From Octopus vulgaris (taxonomy: Eukaryota), in assembly GCA_951406725.2 (NCBI GenBank), contig OX597814.1:73842001-73906000 (forward strand): a stretch of DNA of 64,000 nt, read 5' to 3'. Below the pieces are notes generated by a model. The model made no database searches and was not told the DNA's origin. It worked only from the letters and a program-made list of their open reading frames with translations. Positions 1 through 13,154 of the stretch are shown here, piece by piece (the stretch's first letter is position 1; the number at the start of each line of letters is the position of its first letter). The position numbers were made by a program, and so were the translations under genes.

Positions 1-348
1 TTATTGATACATTTAAGGATTCATGCCACCAACATCGAATCCCGGTATTTACAGTGGAAGCTATCATACTGCATATCAACTTAAGCAATTCTTCCGCACA
101 CCTTTGAGGCATTGTCCATATTTCTCTCTAGCAGTGAATTCTTTCAAATTAGATACTAGCCAGATAGGACATTGTATATTTAGCTTCACACCATTATGCA
201 AGATTAATGTCTGCATAATATACCCCATATTCAAACAGACATCGTTATTTCTGATGTTTACAACTTTAGTAATCATATTATTAATGTCATAATACTTGCA
301 AAATAATTGACACCAACTTCTTTCAAGATGGCACAGGCAGCTTAAATT

Positions 349-611
<263 letters not shown>

Positions 612-1167
612 TTCTAACAATATCTAATAGTGACTGTTAATGTATTTATACTAAAACACTATATATTCAACACTGAGGGTAAAAACAAATGTTATGAATA
701 CATATTCTTATTGCACTTATTAACATTTTATTAGTCAGTAGGGAATTCTTTCCTAGTTTATAATTATTCAAAAACCACAAAAATAGATTTTGGCAACAAC
801 ATAAGCATAGGCATCAGTTTCCAGGAATTTGAAGCTCGGAAGCTGCGTATTATTCCGTTTCTACAGGAAGTGTGATAAAGTTACAACTGACATAACTGAC
901 TTAGCTAACAAAAGTAACAACAATAACAACACTAAGGATAGCAAGTGAAACGTCAACAATTACAAATACCCATGGAAAAGTAAAATAACACCAAAGTTTA
1001 TATATATAAAATTTCTGACAAGTAGGATCTGCGAAATAGTTTCAAATATCATTGTACTGTTTCTATTCCTTGAAAACCTAAAATTCTACATAAAGGCATA
1101 GCTGTGACACAATCTCATAGCCTTCGATCGAATGCCTACATATAAAAACTGTTAAAAGCCCGTGATA

Positions 1168-1518
1168 AACGTCTGTTCCGCAAGTTTTCTTCTTGGCATG
1201 TGTATACAAAAGCAGCAAATTAAGGGATACAGCTTCATTATTATAGAAAGCCAATAAAAATCAGATTCAATAATGAAGCTGTATCTCTTAATTTGCAGTT
1301 TTTATATACACATACCAAGAAGAAAATTTGCAGAACAGACGTTATTTTAATGAGATATATCTTATAATCACCTGAAGAGACACATCTACACTGATGCATA
1401 CTTCTAAACAAGTTGTTTAGTATCGCACCCGCGAAGGATCAATGCGAAATGGGTCGAAACATTTGCAGTGATCAATAAACATTCCCGTATCTTCCATCTT
1501 CCGTCTCTCTCATTAATC

Positions 1519-1520
<2 letters not shown>
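1168..1520 (+). mobile_element. Penelope-like pseudo-LTR remnant with 5' fold-back and a degenerate hammerhead
   Basis: About 75-bp inverted repeat (1168-1242 vs 1269-1343), then ATCAC-CTGAAGA-GAC...GTC-GAAA-CATTT-GCA-GTGAT and AATAAA, ending at (TA)n. Confidence 0.55.
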
Positions 1521-1595
<75 letters not shown>

Positions 1596-2182
1596 TTATT
1601 AGTGCAGGGTTATCAATCCCGGCAAAATACTTTATAAACTCTTTGTCAGTACACCAGGCTAACAATGTTGTTTAGATTAGTAGAGACTCCATATATTCTT
1701 CTGGCAAGTCCGAATTTATAGTTCATCACCATTCTCTTTTGTAAATCCATAGTTGTGTTCCAGTAACACTGGTTTTTTTACTCAGTATGACATAGAAGAC
1801 AAGACATAAATAATAGCTATTACATGTTACTTTATTGTAGTAAGTTTGACATACACCTCTTTCCAGTAATCAGTATAAGTTCATTGGCTTACTCAATCTG
1901 TCTATTGTCGGTTGAGAAAAATTGAATGACCTTGAGTATTAAAGCTACAGGCATGAGGAGGAGAGCGAAGAGAGGCAATACGTTTAACTATGAGGGGAGG
2001 GGAAGAGAAATAAAGAGGAAATGGGAGGAAAATTGATGATTTAGAAAGGAAGGAAAGAAAGGAAGAGAAGAAGGAATAGACAGTATAGAGGAGGGAAGGC
2101 ATACGATAGAATAAGAGACATAGAATGACATAGTCTCATATATATATATATATATATATACATACATACATACATACATACA

Positions 2183-3465
2183 CAGGGTGTAATGGGTAAA
2201 TTGTCGCTATTTTATATTTTTTATTTCGTTCATATGCATTGATTGTTTTTGATTTTGTCGTCTACACACTATAGTAGGATCATCTGGGCACCGTCTGTGA
2301 GAAAAACAGCACCATGATGCAGTTCACTCTGCCAGAAATTTGGAAACGACATGCTGTACTGCTTGGCATTCGCGCCAGAAGCACCAATACAAACATTTCA
2401 GAGTGCTTGGATGTCAATCTGAGGACAGTGCAGAGGATTCGGAAAGAGTTGGATAAATCTAATGGTGGTTACGAAGGTACGGCAGCTCGGAAAACTCACT
2501 CTGATCGTTCTGATAAGAAAAGAACTCTTGAATTTGTTGGTGAGAACCAGGCCATAATTGACAACGATCATTCCAAGTCAATCAGGTCCATCGCTAGGGA
2601 CATGGGAATGCCTGAGTTTCTTATTAGGCAGGTAGTACATGAAGAGATTCGGTATTTCTCATACGAGATGAGAAAGGGCCAATTTTTATCTCAAGCCATC
2701 AAGGACAAGAGAAAAGACCGCGCTACGAAGCTTTTGAACAAACTCAAGCATCCCCTCCACTCGATCATGCCTTGTTTTTGTTTTTTTCAAACGAGAAAAA
2801 TTTCTGCCAGGATCCGATGGTGAACACACAGAACAATCGTTGATTTGCTATGTCCCCAAAACCTGTACCGAGAGTGATAAAAATCAAACATCTAGTCAAC
2901 ATCATAGTGTTTGGAGTGATCACTAGTGATGGCGAAGTTATGCCTCCATTCATCTTCCCACACGACCTCAAACTCAACACAGAGGTCTACATCAAGTGCC
3001 TGGAGGCGATAGGGCTGCTCTGTGTCAAGAGGATGGCAGCTGGAAGACCCTATGGACTCTGCACCACGCCACACAAGTAGGAGAACTCAGTCATGGCTGT
3101 CAGACAATTTCTACAACCACATCACCCCTATCATCTGGCCACCTAACTCCCCTTCATTATTATGTGTGGGACGCAGTTGAGCCAGAGACCAACCAGACTC
3201 TTTGTAACACATAAGATGAACTGAAGGCAAGGATTATGGAAACATTCACCAACTTTAAACAAGGAGACCGTCCAGAAGAGTTGCAGGAGATTCCGAAGTA
3301 ATCTGGAGGCCGTGGTTGAAGCCAATGGCGATTTTATTGAATAAATTTACTCTTTAGTATTTCAAGTTATTTTTCTGTAATTTTGGTAAATATATGTTAA
3401 AATGAAATGTCAGTATTATTTTCATTTCTGCGTAATTTAGACGACAATATATTCACCATACCCTA
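2183..3465 (+). mobile_element. Tc1/mariner-superfamily DNA transposon, DD37D (maT-like), decayed transposase
   Basis: Imperfect TIRs CAGGGTG..AAATTGTCG / CGACAAT..ACCCT; HTH ORF 2314-2823; VFGVITSDG..MPPFIF and WPPNSP motifs; frameshifts and stops. Confidence 0.9.
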
Positions 3466-3750
3466 TATGTGTGTATGTATGTATGTATGTATGTATGTAT
3501 GTATGTATGTATGTATGTATGTATGTATGTATGTATGTATGCATGCATGCGTGTGTGTATGTATGTATATATTATCTATGTATACACACAGACGCGCACA
3601 CATATACATACGTATATGTGTATATGCATGTATGTATATGTAGAGAGAAAGATAGTGAGAAGTTAGGAGCGAGTTATATGTTATATACATAATACATACG
3701 TACATATATATAAATTCATACATATATGTATACACACATACATATATATC
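3466..3750. repeat. (TATG)n / (TA)n microsatellite
   Basis: Visible simple repeat. Confidence 0.95.
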
Positions 3751-5445
3751 TCAGGCTACAATCACAGCCCTTAGTAAGTATTCTTATCTATCAAGCTTAA
3801 TTAATTTGACATGCATCACATACTCAACTCACAATTTCCTGGCGCCAGCTTTATTTATGAAACACTTAGAAAAGCTAAGTCGATGTGAATATCAAGACAT
3901 TGTATCTTTAGTCATAAATAGTTCCTTGATAGGGTGTTTATTAATCGTGGCCACAACAATAACTGCAACAGTTGGTAATAATACTGTTATTAACTCCACA
4001 GACTACCAGACTGAAATACTAAACTGCAGTGAATAGAACAAATCAAATAGTTGATAAGGAAACATTGAAAAAAAAAAGTTGATATAAGTCAGAGTCAATC
4101 TCAAAAGTAGAAACAGCATCACCTTGAGCCGAAAGCATGCAATCACTCTGTGAAAGTGAGGTAGGAAAAAAAAAGAATAAGTACTCCATGCAAACAATAT
4201 CCATGAAGCGATACTAATTTCTGCTTGAAACCAATTCATTTCACTGGCCTCGTTCTTGCCTTACAAAATACGAAACCCAGTTCATAACATATCAATAAAC
4301 TCACGAAAACTACTCATCAAATATTTTGGCGTTTGAAGTTATCTGACGGCTGGAGTGTTGGAAATTCTATGCTTTATACACGCGGCAGCAAATATGCTTC
4401 ATTCATAATTCATCAGAGATAGTTAATTGAATATCAATGTATATATCCTCAACATTCTTAACAAATCTAATGTCCGTAATCCGACAACCGTTCCAAAAAT
4501 TTTACATGCAGCGGGCTGTGCTGCAGTTTTACAGACAAATATACTCTATAATATCTAGATGAAGTCTCTCTCCCCCCTCCCCATCCGTAATATAACTCAC
4601 AATCTTAACTGTTGTAAAATGGCCATGGGGAACGTAAAACTGCTTTTGTATGATGCATGGCCTGTAAGCTCTCCCACCTCCTAAATTACTCTCTAGCTTT
4701 GCGAAGGATTTGGAATTCGCTGCCTTAGCACTGCTCCTTAGTTCAGATATTTCTGCAAGTAATACTTTGGAAACAAAAATACCGACTAATTCTAAACTGA
4801 AAATGATTCACCTTTGCAAGCCTTCGTGACTTAGTATCATGTTCATACTGCTATTAAGAGAAGAATCTTCTGCGATCAGTTTAGATATGAAAGGCAACTT
4901 ATCTTATAATATCTTTATGGCACTTACTCCAAGATAATGTAAAGCTAAGGTTGTCTCTCTCCTTATTAAACACTAAAAATTTAGTTGTTTCCAACTATCG
5001 ACCATATTTATCTGCTTCCATTTACATTTAACTGTACACATTCATATACATATTATACCACCTTTCTTTGTGTTTTAATTTGTCACTCTTTGGAGTCATT
5101 TGCCTTTTGTCCAACCATTCTACAGCAGCCCTCACAAATTCTTTACATTTTCACGTTTCCTATATGAGCTGTAATATTTCAAGCTATCAACTGAATCATT
5201 CTTACTACACTCAGACAATCTGCAAAAATATGTGACTATTGTCACTCATCTCCAGATTAACTGATGAAAAAATTACGAAGGTCTCACAATATAAGAAACT
5301 AGTATTAGAATAACTTTACAAAATACATTACATAACCTTGCATCATTTTAAGTTAATAACTAAACATCATTATGCTACCTTGAAGCAGACTGAGAAAATT
5401 AATGAGAAAATACCATTAAACATTCTTGTCTCTATTGTATTTAGA

Positions 5446-6790
5446 ACTAGCAGAGATACCCGGCGCTGCCCGTGTTACATTCAATTGAAGAATTAGACTT
5501 TTCTGTTATATTTTCTGTAATGAACTGGAATGTTTCGAATATCATCAAAATTGCAGATGAGGATTATTTCCCTCTTTACACACCCTGAAAAAAATTGTAA
5601 TCGTGCCACATGTATCCCATACTATTGATTTTTATGCGCATATTCCAAAATTCCAGTCTTATTGAACCTGTTAAAAAGATTTTGCTCCTGAAAAATGAAG
5701 GTCATAGTGCTCTAAAATGTGAGAGTTAAGGCCCCTGTTGGGGGTGGGCATTTTAATATCAACCAGAGAAGTTGAATTGTTGAGAATCTTTTTAACTTGG
5801 GGCTTATATCTATTGTTTGAATTTCTTTGAAATAGGAAATATATGTTCACTGTGTTTGTAAAAGAGTACAAAGCTACAGGAAACCAAAAGACGAATGATC
5901 ACAATAAGCAGTCAGTTACAGAACCCTAGTCGTTACCACTCCCAATGTAGGATTCCTCACCATCCAGGTGATAGGCACAGCCGTAAGATGCATTACGAAT
6001 CTACAGCAATTGGAAGGGCGTGGCCCAACTGAAATAAACATCAACAACTGTGTGACGTGAGGGTTAAGGAGAAATGAAAGTGTCACCTCTGGAGTTTGCA
6101 AATGACCACTATACTGATACGTAACTGGACAGAATAAATTTACAATCTATAAATGTCTTTGAATAACCAGTTACTCATCTGGGAAGGCCTTGAAATTAAT
6201 GTTACCATCTGGGGACTATGTGTGACCTAGTAATAATAAAAAGACTGAAAGGAGGTCTGCAATCAAATAACTTTACTCAACACTTTGCAACTGAATCAGT
6301 GGAGGCAAAGATGCCTCTCATTTACTTAACAATTCATGCACCACATTGCAGAAATCACAATGTAAGTGTATCTCAAAGCCATGTGTTACACTGTTGTACC
6401 ATTGAATTACAAATTATGCTCATCTTTTATACTTGGGTAACCCTACAGCTTCCAAGAGTACAACTGTGTTCGTCTTTGGTTAGATAAAATGACAAAATTG
6501 TAGGTGTTAAGTTCCCATGGAGGGGTCTTTGTAACTTATAAGAAGATGAAATTTTATAAATATTACTTCATTTGTGTCTAATATCTGTGATTAAAATTTC
6601 ATCAACAGCAAAAATATATGAATTGCCATGGGGTTATGGCCCTTATGCATATAATATAATTTCCAAATTTCATAAAGATCCAGTCAGTACTTTTGACCTA
6701 GTTTTGGATCATAAAAGAAATGACTAAAATTTGGGAGTTAAGGCCCTCATTAGGGTGTTATATATATATATATATATATATATACTAGAA
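5446..6790 (+). mobile_element. Probable non-autonomous Helitron/Helentron-like element
   Basis: Starts ACTAGCAG..ACCCGGCGCTGCCCG (subterminal GC palindrome); internal repeat GAGTTAAGGCCC (about 5722 and 6735); ends (TA)n-CTAG. Boundaries inferred. Confidence 0.45.
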
Positions 6791-6935
6791 ATATTGAATT
6801 TCTAAATGTCTCAGAGAGACATGAATAGTGGTGGAGCGATAGAGTGGTTGTATACTGTCAACATAACGTGACAGTCCCGTAAAAGGAATTATTTGCGAAA
6901 GCTTGGCAAGTATCTCAAATAGCGCGACTTACTAC

Positions 6936-6981
6936 CCTGGACTGATGACGGGCAACACCCAGAAACATGCATGTCTTCTGG
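6936..6981 (+). ncRNA. Type I minimal hammerhead ribozyme motif
   Basis: CCTGGA-CTGATGA-CGGG caaca CCCA-GAAA-CATGCAT-GTC-TTCTGG; palindromic stem III ACATGCATGT. Confidence 0.8.
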
Positions 6982-7284
6982 TTCTAATCCAAGCTAGTGG
7001 GGATGCTTGCCTCCCCTTCACAAATATAAGGACACAGGAAGCGTGTCAAAGCCGAAAGGAAGCGTCGATGCTTCCTAGGGCTAAATAGTGGTGGTGTAAT
7101 TCCCTTTACGGGACTGTCACGTTATGTTGACAGTATACAACCACTCTATCGCTCCACCACCGCTCATGTCTCCCTGAGACATTTAGAAATATATCTAATT
7201 ACGGTGACGAGTGAATAGATTTCTCTGTAAATATATATATTTGCGAAGGCTTGGCAAGTATCTCAACTAGCACGACTTTGCTAC

Positions 7285-7330
7285 CCTGGACTAATGACGG
7301 GCAAGACCCAGAAACATGCATGTCTTCAGG
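7285..7330 (+). ncRNA. Type I hammerhead motif, core mutated (CTAATGA)
   Basis: Second unit copy; stem I CCTGGA/TTCAGG intact, G5>A in the core. Confidence 0.7.
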
Positions 7331-7496
7331 TGCTAATCCTAGCTGGTGGGGTTGTTTGCGTCCCCTTCGCAAATATAAGGACACAGGAAGCGTGTCAAAG
7401 CCGACAGGAAGCGTCGATGCTTCCTAGGGCTAAATAGCGTTGGTGTAATTCCCTTTACAGGACTATCACGTTATGTTGACAGTAGACAACCACTAT

Positions 7497-7497
<1 letters not shown>

Positions 7498-7561
<64 letters not shown>

Positions 7562-7600
7562 GAGATAGATAGATAGATATAGGTATAGATATAGATATAC
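7498..7600. repeat. (TAGA)n microsatellite
   Basis: Visible. Confidence 0.95.
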
Positions 7601-7624
7601 ACACAGACATAGGCATACAAATCT

Positions 7625-7815
7625 AAATTGATAGATACAACTGAGTGAGCAAACAAAAATATGAGCCTAGTGCTTTTTTTATGTTGATAAGCCTGGTACT
7701 TATTGTATTAATTTGTTCTTGTGAAACCAGTAATTTATGGGGATGTAAATAAATGAACAGCAGTTGTGAAGCAATGATGAGGGCAAAACACAGAGACAAA
7801 GACACACACATACAC
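7625..7815 (-). mobile_element. 3' part of a tRNA-SINE family
   Basis: Matches 13155-13350 and the reverse complement of 60780-60880. Confidence 0.65.
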
Positions 7816-7831
7816 TTACATATATACATAC

Positions 7832-7863
<32 letters not shown>

Positions 7864-7882
7864 ATGTATATATATATATATA

Positions 7883-8846
7883 AGCATCTAGCACTGATAG
7901 ATAGACATTTTCCAGTTAACCATGCTTATAGGAAACTCTTCAATAGACACAATTTAAAAATTAGTTTTAGTTCAACTACCAATTTTAAAAACATAATCAA
8001 TCATAACTTACAAAAAACACAAGAAGAAAACAGCTGTTCATGCAGGAATAAAGAATTGTGCCCGCTAAATGGAGCTTGCATGTCCAAGACCATCATATAT
8101 GAAGCTACCGTAAACTCTATAACCACTAAAGACACCGTTTCGACGAAGAAATACGTGGGCCTGACAGAGGGTAATTTCAAGGCCAGGTTCAATAACCACA
8201 CTTTGAGCTTTAGGCACTGGAACAAAAGAAAAGCGACACAATTATCCAATCATATTTGGTCTTTAAGAGATAAAGGTGTCGATTATAACATACAATGGAA
8301 GATTTTGGCCAGATGTAAGCCCTATACTAACGGCAGCGGAAGGTGCGGTTTATGCGACATGGAGAGATGGCTTATCTGGAAAAGCAGCTTAGACCCTACC
8401 ACATGTCTAAATACAAGGACAGAGCTTTTCGGATCATGCCCACATGTGACTAAATTTCTGTTACGTTTTTGGTCCCCTAAAGAAAACGGATAGAACATGC
8501 TTTCTGTGTTATGTCCCAAGAAGATTTTATATATTTTTATATATTTTTATATATTTTTATGTATTTTTATATAATTTTTATGACGAAAAATGCGAGCGAT
8601 GTATAAGTACGCAGGCAAAGCAGAGTTATAACAGAGTAATTTCCCTTCATTTTTAACGGTATTTTTTCATAACGTTTTCAAATAGCCAGATAACCGAAGA
8701 GATGGTGTTGTGGATTTCCACTTCGGCATCTGAAACTCAGAGTTTTATCTTGACTACCGAGTAATGTAACATATTGTATAGATAAATTTCCTCTATTTAC
8801 ATAATATTGAGGTCTCTTTCTTTCTTTTGTTATCTTACCGTTTTAT

Positions 8847-8850
<4 letters not shown>
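7883..8850 (+). mobile_element. 5'-truncated Penelope-like element (Naiad-type): GIY-YIG endonuclease plus pLTR
   Basis: CSCRNKELCPLNGAC..IIYEA..YVGLTEGNFKARFNNH..CGLC..CPH; hammerhead-like motif 8688-8750 (core CCGAAGA); flanked by (TA)n. Confidence 0.9.
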
Positions 8851-8888
<38 letters not shown>

Positions 8889-8920
8889 GATTCATTTGTT
8901 TCAGTTCCTGTCTACGAAAT

Positions 8921-8971
<51 letters not shown>

Positions 8972-9102
8972 TTCAGCAACAATTTAGATTCAAATGAATA
9001 TGGTACTTAATTTAGATTCACCAGAATTTTGTATGGTGTTATCCATAAAAATTTGCGGGGTGATTATAATCAAAAATAAGCAACAAGAATTACTCTGGTA
9101 AT

Positions 9103-9188
9103 TTGGTACAATTGTTTCGCACTACATCATTTTATTAAAAGTTGTAAGTATTATAGCAGATTTAAGATGCTGAGTGCTCATCAGCCAA
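9103..9188 (-). ncRNA. Type I hammerhead motif (inverted pLTR copy)
   Basis: Reverse-complement copy of 12954-13039 with the core intact. Confidence 0.75.
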
Positions 9189-11134
9189 TTATATAGGTTT
9201 TCCAATAATACAAAAGCTTTCAAATCAAGTTGTAACATTATAGAGAAGGTAGATATACAGATAAAGATGTAGATTTAAAGTTTAAGAACATATGAGGTTG
9301 TGAAGTCCAGCCACTGACTGACCAAGCTATGGTTGTATCTAACAGCTATAAGATTAGAAGTAATAAAGATTTTTTAGTTGTAGGAATGAGGTAAGGGAGG
9401 TTTCAGAATACCATAAAAGGAATTCAAGTTGCCACTAACAAAATGCCAATTACTGCTATTTGGTGAGAGGAACTAGGTCAATGTCAAATGGTCATTAATC
9501 CCCTTTACAGAGAGTAGGGAAAAAACTATTACTTATTATTATGAGTAGGCATAGTATTTTATAACTGGGGGAAAGCTTTATTAATTTTAAAACTAGATTA
9601 GATTCAGAAAAAATTCCAATTTCAAGTTTACAGTGAATTTTTTTAGTCATCTATGAAAGTTAAATTGAAATTGAAAGCTAGTATAGTATATTTCTTATTA
9701 TTATTATAATAAAAAGTTAAAATTTGAAAAATATAGGAATACTCACAATTTTTATTCAAAGTATTTAAACGTTCCGGTTGTGGAATGTATGCAAGATAGA
9801 CTCAAGGTAGTCTATGGATTAATACAGATGAAGTGATAGATTGGTTTAAATCTCTAGATAACACTAATAGAATTTCTTTTATCCAATTTGATATTAACAA
9901 TTACTATTCTAGTATATCCCCCATTCTACTAAGTAAATCGCTTATTTTTGCTATGAATCGCTCTCTCGTATCTAGAGAGGAAATTGACATCATTCTATTA
10001 GCTAGAAAAACTATCATTGAATTTGAATGTAAATTATGGACTAGGGCGAATACCCCTAATAATTTTGATATACCTATGGGCTCTAGTGACTCAGCGGTGA
10101 TAACTGTCGGAGCATACTTATTAAAATGCATAAACAGAGATATCCCTGAGTTACAAGGTGGTCTATATAGGGATGATGCTTTGTTCGTTGTACTTAGCAA
10201 TAGTAAATCAAGTATTGAGAGGATAAAAAAGAAAATTAATAAATGTTTTAAAGATTTTAACCTAGGCATTACTTATGAACCTAACACGAAGATAGCTAAT
10301 TTCCTAGATGTTACCTTAGACCTAAATTCAAAGTTACATTACCCATTTAGAAAGGAGGGCGAGGTCACTAGATATGTAAGTAAGTCATCTAATTATATCA
10401 CGAATATACTAAAATCATTAGTTAGAAATATTTCCCAAAGAATTTCAAAATTATCATCTAATAGTGATATATTTAACTCTCACTCTAACCATTACAATAT
10501 CGCATTATCCAAGGCGGGATATGACCAAGAAATCACCTTTCTTGATAAGGATAGTTCAAATCTCCCAAATAATGAAGTGGATGTAAATGACGTAAGTAAT
10601 AATAACTCCATAAACATAAACATAAATTAATGGAGAAAAAGAACCTAGCGTATAAACCAAATTATAGGAATAAAAATAGGGAACAGATCATAAATAAATA
10701 TGAAAATGCTAACCTAGGTAAATCTGATAGGCATAAAAATAGTAGTAAAAGGAATAATAATTCTCGTGCGAATACTGATAACACTAATCCTTCCCACTCG
10801 TACTTAAACAAAAAATATAAAAGAGAAAATATCATTTGGCTAAATATCCCCATTAATTGGGCGATCTCGACGAATGTGTACAGTAGCTTTAAATCTATAC
10901 TGGAAAAAAATTTCCCAGCCTCCCATAAATATCATAAAATAATTTCTAGGAGATCAGTAAGAATTTCATATTCAACCCTCCCAAACATGGCTAGCATAAT
11001 AGCTAAACTTAAAAGTAAAAATACTAAGTTAGCCAGGAGTAGAATGAACAGTAACAACAAAGATAATAATAATAATTGTAATAATAGCATTAACAATAGA
11101 AATAACAATAATAATAATAATAATAACAATAATA

Positions 11135-11184
<50 letters not shown>

Positions 11185-11186
11185 TA

Positions 11187-11521
11187 AGGTGCCCTGAGAA
11201 TGATAGCAAAATGGGCTGATCGCTACCTAACTCAGATACCAGGAAACCCCAATATGGCAGAAATTCAAAAGATAGTGCTCATGGGAACTGCTCATATCCT
11301 ACGCAAAATACTTTCTATGTAACCTCAAGTTTTAAAACAAACATAACTCGTTTTTTTTTGTTTTGTTTTTTTGGCATTCACTAGTACAACACTAAATACA
11401 AAACCAAATATATGGCACACTAGGCATAACAACAGTACGAACTTCTAACCTGTTGCCTCTTGAGGTATCTGGGTGAGACTTGGAGCCAACTTGTACAAAT
11501 ATAAAGCAAAAGTCAAACATA

Positions 11522-11522
<1 letters not shown>
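11187..11522 (+). mobile_element. 3' fragment of an R4/Dong-like RLE LINE inserted in (AAT)n
   Basis: GALRMIAKWADRYLTQIPGNPNMAEIQKIVLMGTAHILRKILSM* plus 3'UTR; homologous to 17092-17178 (-); (AAT)n on both sides. Confidence 0.8.
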
Positions 11523-11603
<81 letters not shown>

Positions 11604-11643
11604 TGTAAAAATAAAAATAATAAAAATAATATTAATAATGATG

Positions 11644-11740
<97 letters not shown>

Positions 11741-11760
11741 CAACATTGATATAAATAGTG
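11523..11760. repeat. (AAT)n microsatellite
   Basis: Visible; also present at 11060-11184. Confidence 0.95.
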
Positions 11761-12953
11761 ATAATAACAATACCAATAATATAGGTAGTATAATTAAAGG
11801 ATGGTAGGTGGGAATGATGGTGAAGATGAATTAATAAATAGTAACCCTAATTTGAATAACAACATGATCACTAATAATGAAAGTAATACTAATACTAATA
11901 ATAATTTAAATACCAGTAATGTGAGTGAACTATCCTTAAATAATTCCAGAGCTGAATACTATCCCCTCAGTTGTAATTGTAGGATTAGATCAAAATGTCC
12001 GGTATCTGGTCGTTGTTCGGTCCAAAACGTAATTTATAAATGCACGATAATAACTTCTAACAATAGCTTTCTTTATTTCGGATGTTCGGTGGATTTTAAA
12101 AGACGTCTTAACAATCATTTTCCCTCTTTTAGACTAAAACATAAGGCAGGTTGCACAACACTATCTAGCAAAATGTGGGAACTAAAAACAAATAATGTAG
12201 GATTCAACCTAAAATGGGATATAGTTAGAAGGGCGAAACCTTATAGAAATAGTAGGGAAGGTTGTCAACTTTGTTCTATGGAAACTTATGAAATTTTAAA
12301 ACATCAGATTAATATAAATCTGTTAAATAATCGTCTGGTGTTGCGATTATCTTGCATACATTCCACAACCGGAACGTTTAAATACTTTAAATAAAAATTG
12401 TGAGTATTCCTATATTTTTCAAATTTTAACTTTTTATTATAATAATAATAAGAAATATACTATACTAGCTTTCAATTTAACTTTCATAGATGACAAAAAA
12501 AACTTCACTGTAAACTTGAAATTGGATTTTTTTCTAAATCTAATCTAGTTTTAAAATTAATAAAGCTTTCCCCCAGTTATAAAATACTATGCCTACTCAT
12601 AATAATAAGTGATAGTTTTTTCTCTACTATCTGTAAAGGGGATTAATGACCATTTGACATTGACCTAGTTCCTCTCACCAAATAGCAGTAATTGGCATTT
12701 TGTTAGTGGCAACTTGAATTCCTTTTATGGTATTCTGAAACCTCCCTTACCTCATTCCTACAAATAAAAAAATCTTTATTACTTCTAATCTTATAGCTGT
12801 TAGACACAGCCATAGCTTGGTCAGTCAGTGGCTGGACTTCACAACCTCATATGTTCTTAAACTTTAAATCTATATCTTTATCTGTATATCTACCTTCTCT
12901 ATAATGTTACAACTTGATTTGAAAGCTTTTGTATTATTGGAAAACCTATATAA

Positions 12954-13039
12954 TTGGCTGATGAGCACTCAGCATCTTAAATCTGCTGTAATACTTACAA
13001 CTTTTAATAAAATGATGTAGTGCGAAACAATTGTACCAA
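12954..13039 (+). ncRNA. Type I hammerhead ribozyme motif with long loop 2
   Basis: TTGG-CTGATGA-GCACT...AGTGC-GAAA-CAATT-GTA-CCAA; palindromic stem III ACAATTGT. Confidence 0.8.
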
Positions 13040-13071
13040 ATTACCGGAGTCATTCTTGTTGCTTATTTTTG

Positions 13072-13110
<39 letters not shown>

Positions 13111-13111
13111 G

Positions 13112-13153
<42 letters not shown>

Positions 13154-13154
13154 G

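Larger units (their letters stand above)
6798..7497 (+). mobile_element. Non-coding hammerhead-bearing tandem element (retrozyme-like or Penelope pLTR-like), 349-nt unit x about 1.7 plus an inverted 5' segment
   Basis: Direct repeat 6892-7240 / 7241-7497; inverted copy 6798-6890 vs 7097-7190; hammerhead motif in each unit. Confidence 0.8.
9067..13077 (+). mobile_element. Penelope-like element (Naiad-type) with an inverted 5' copy of its 3' end
   Basis: About 710-bp inverted repeats (about 9067-9783 vs 12361-13077); RT 9833-10630 (QFDINNYYSSI, FDIPMGS, GLYRDD, NFLDV); Asn-rich linker; GIY-YIG ORF 11801-12394 (CNCR..CP..C, VIY..YFG). Confidence 0.9.

Noticed and set aside
3806-4036. Hydrophobic 76-aa ORF and a nearby splice-like signal
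   Set aside because: No family motif; starts with TTG; no consistent open exon on the minus strand
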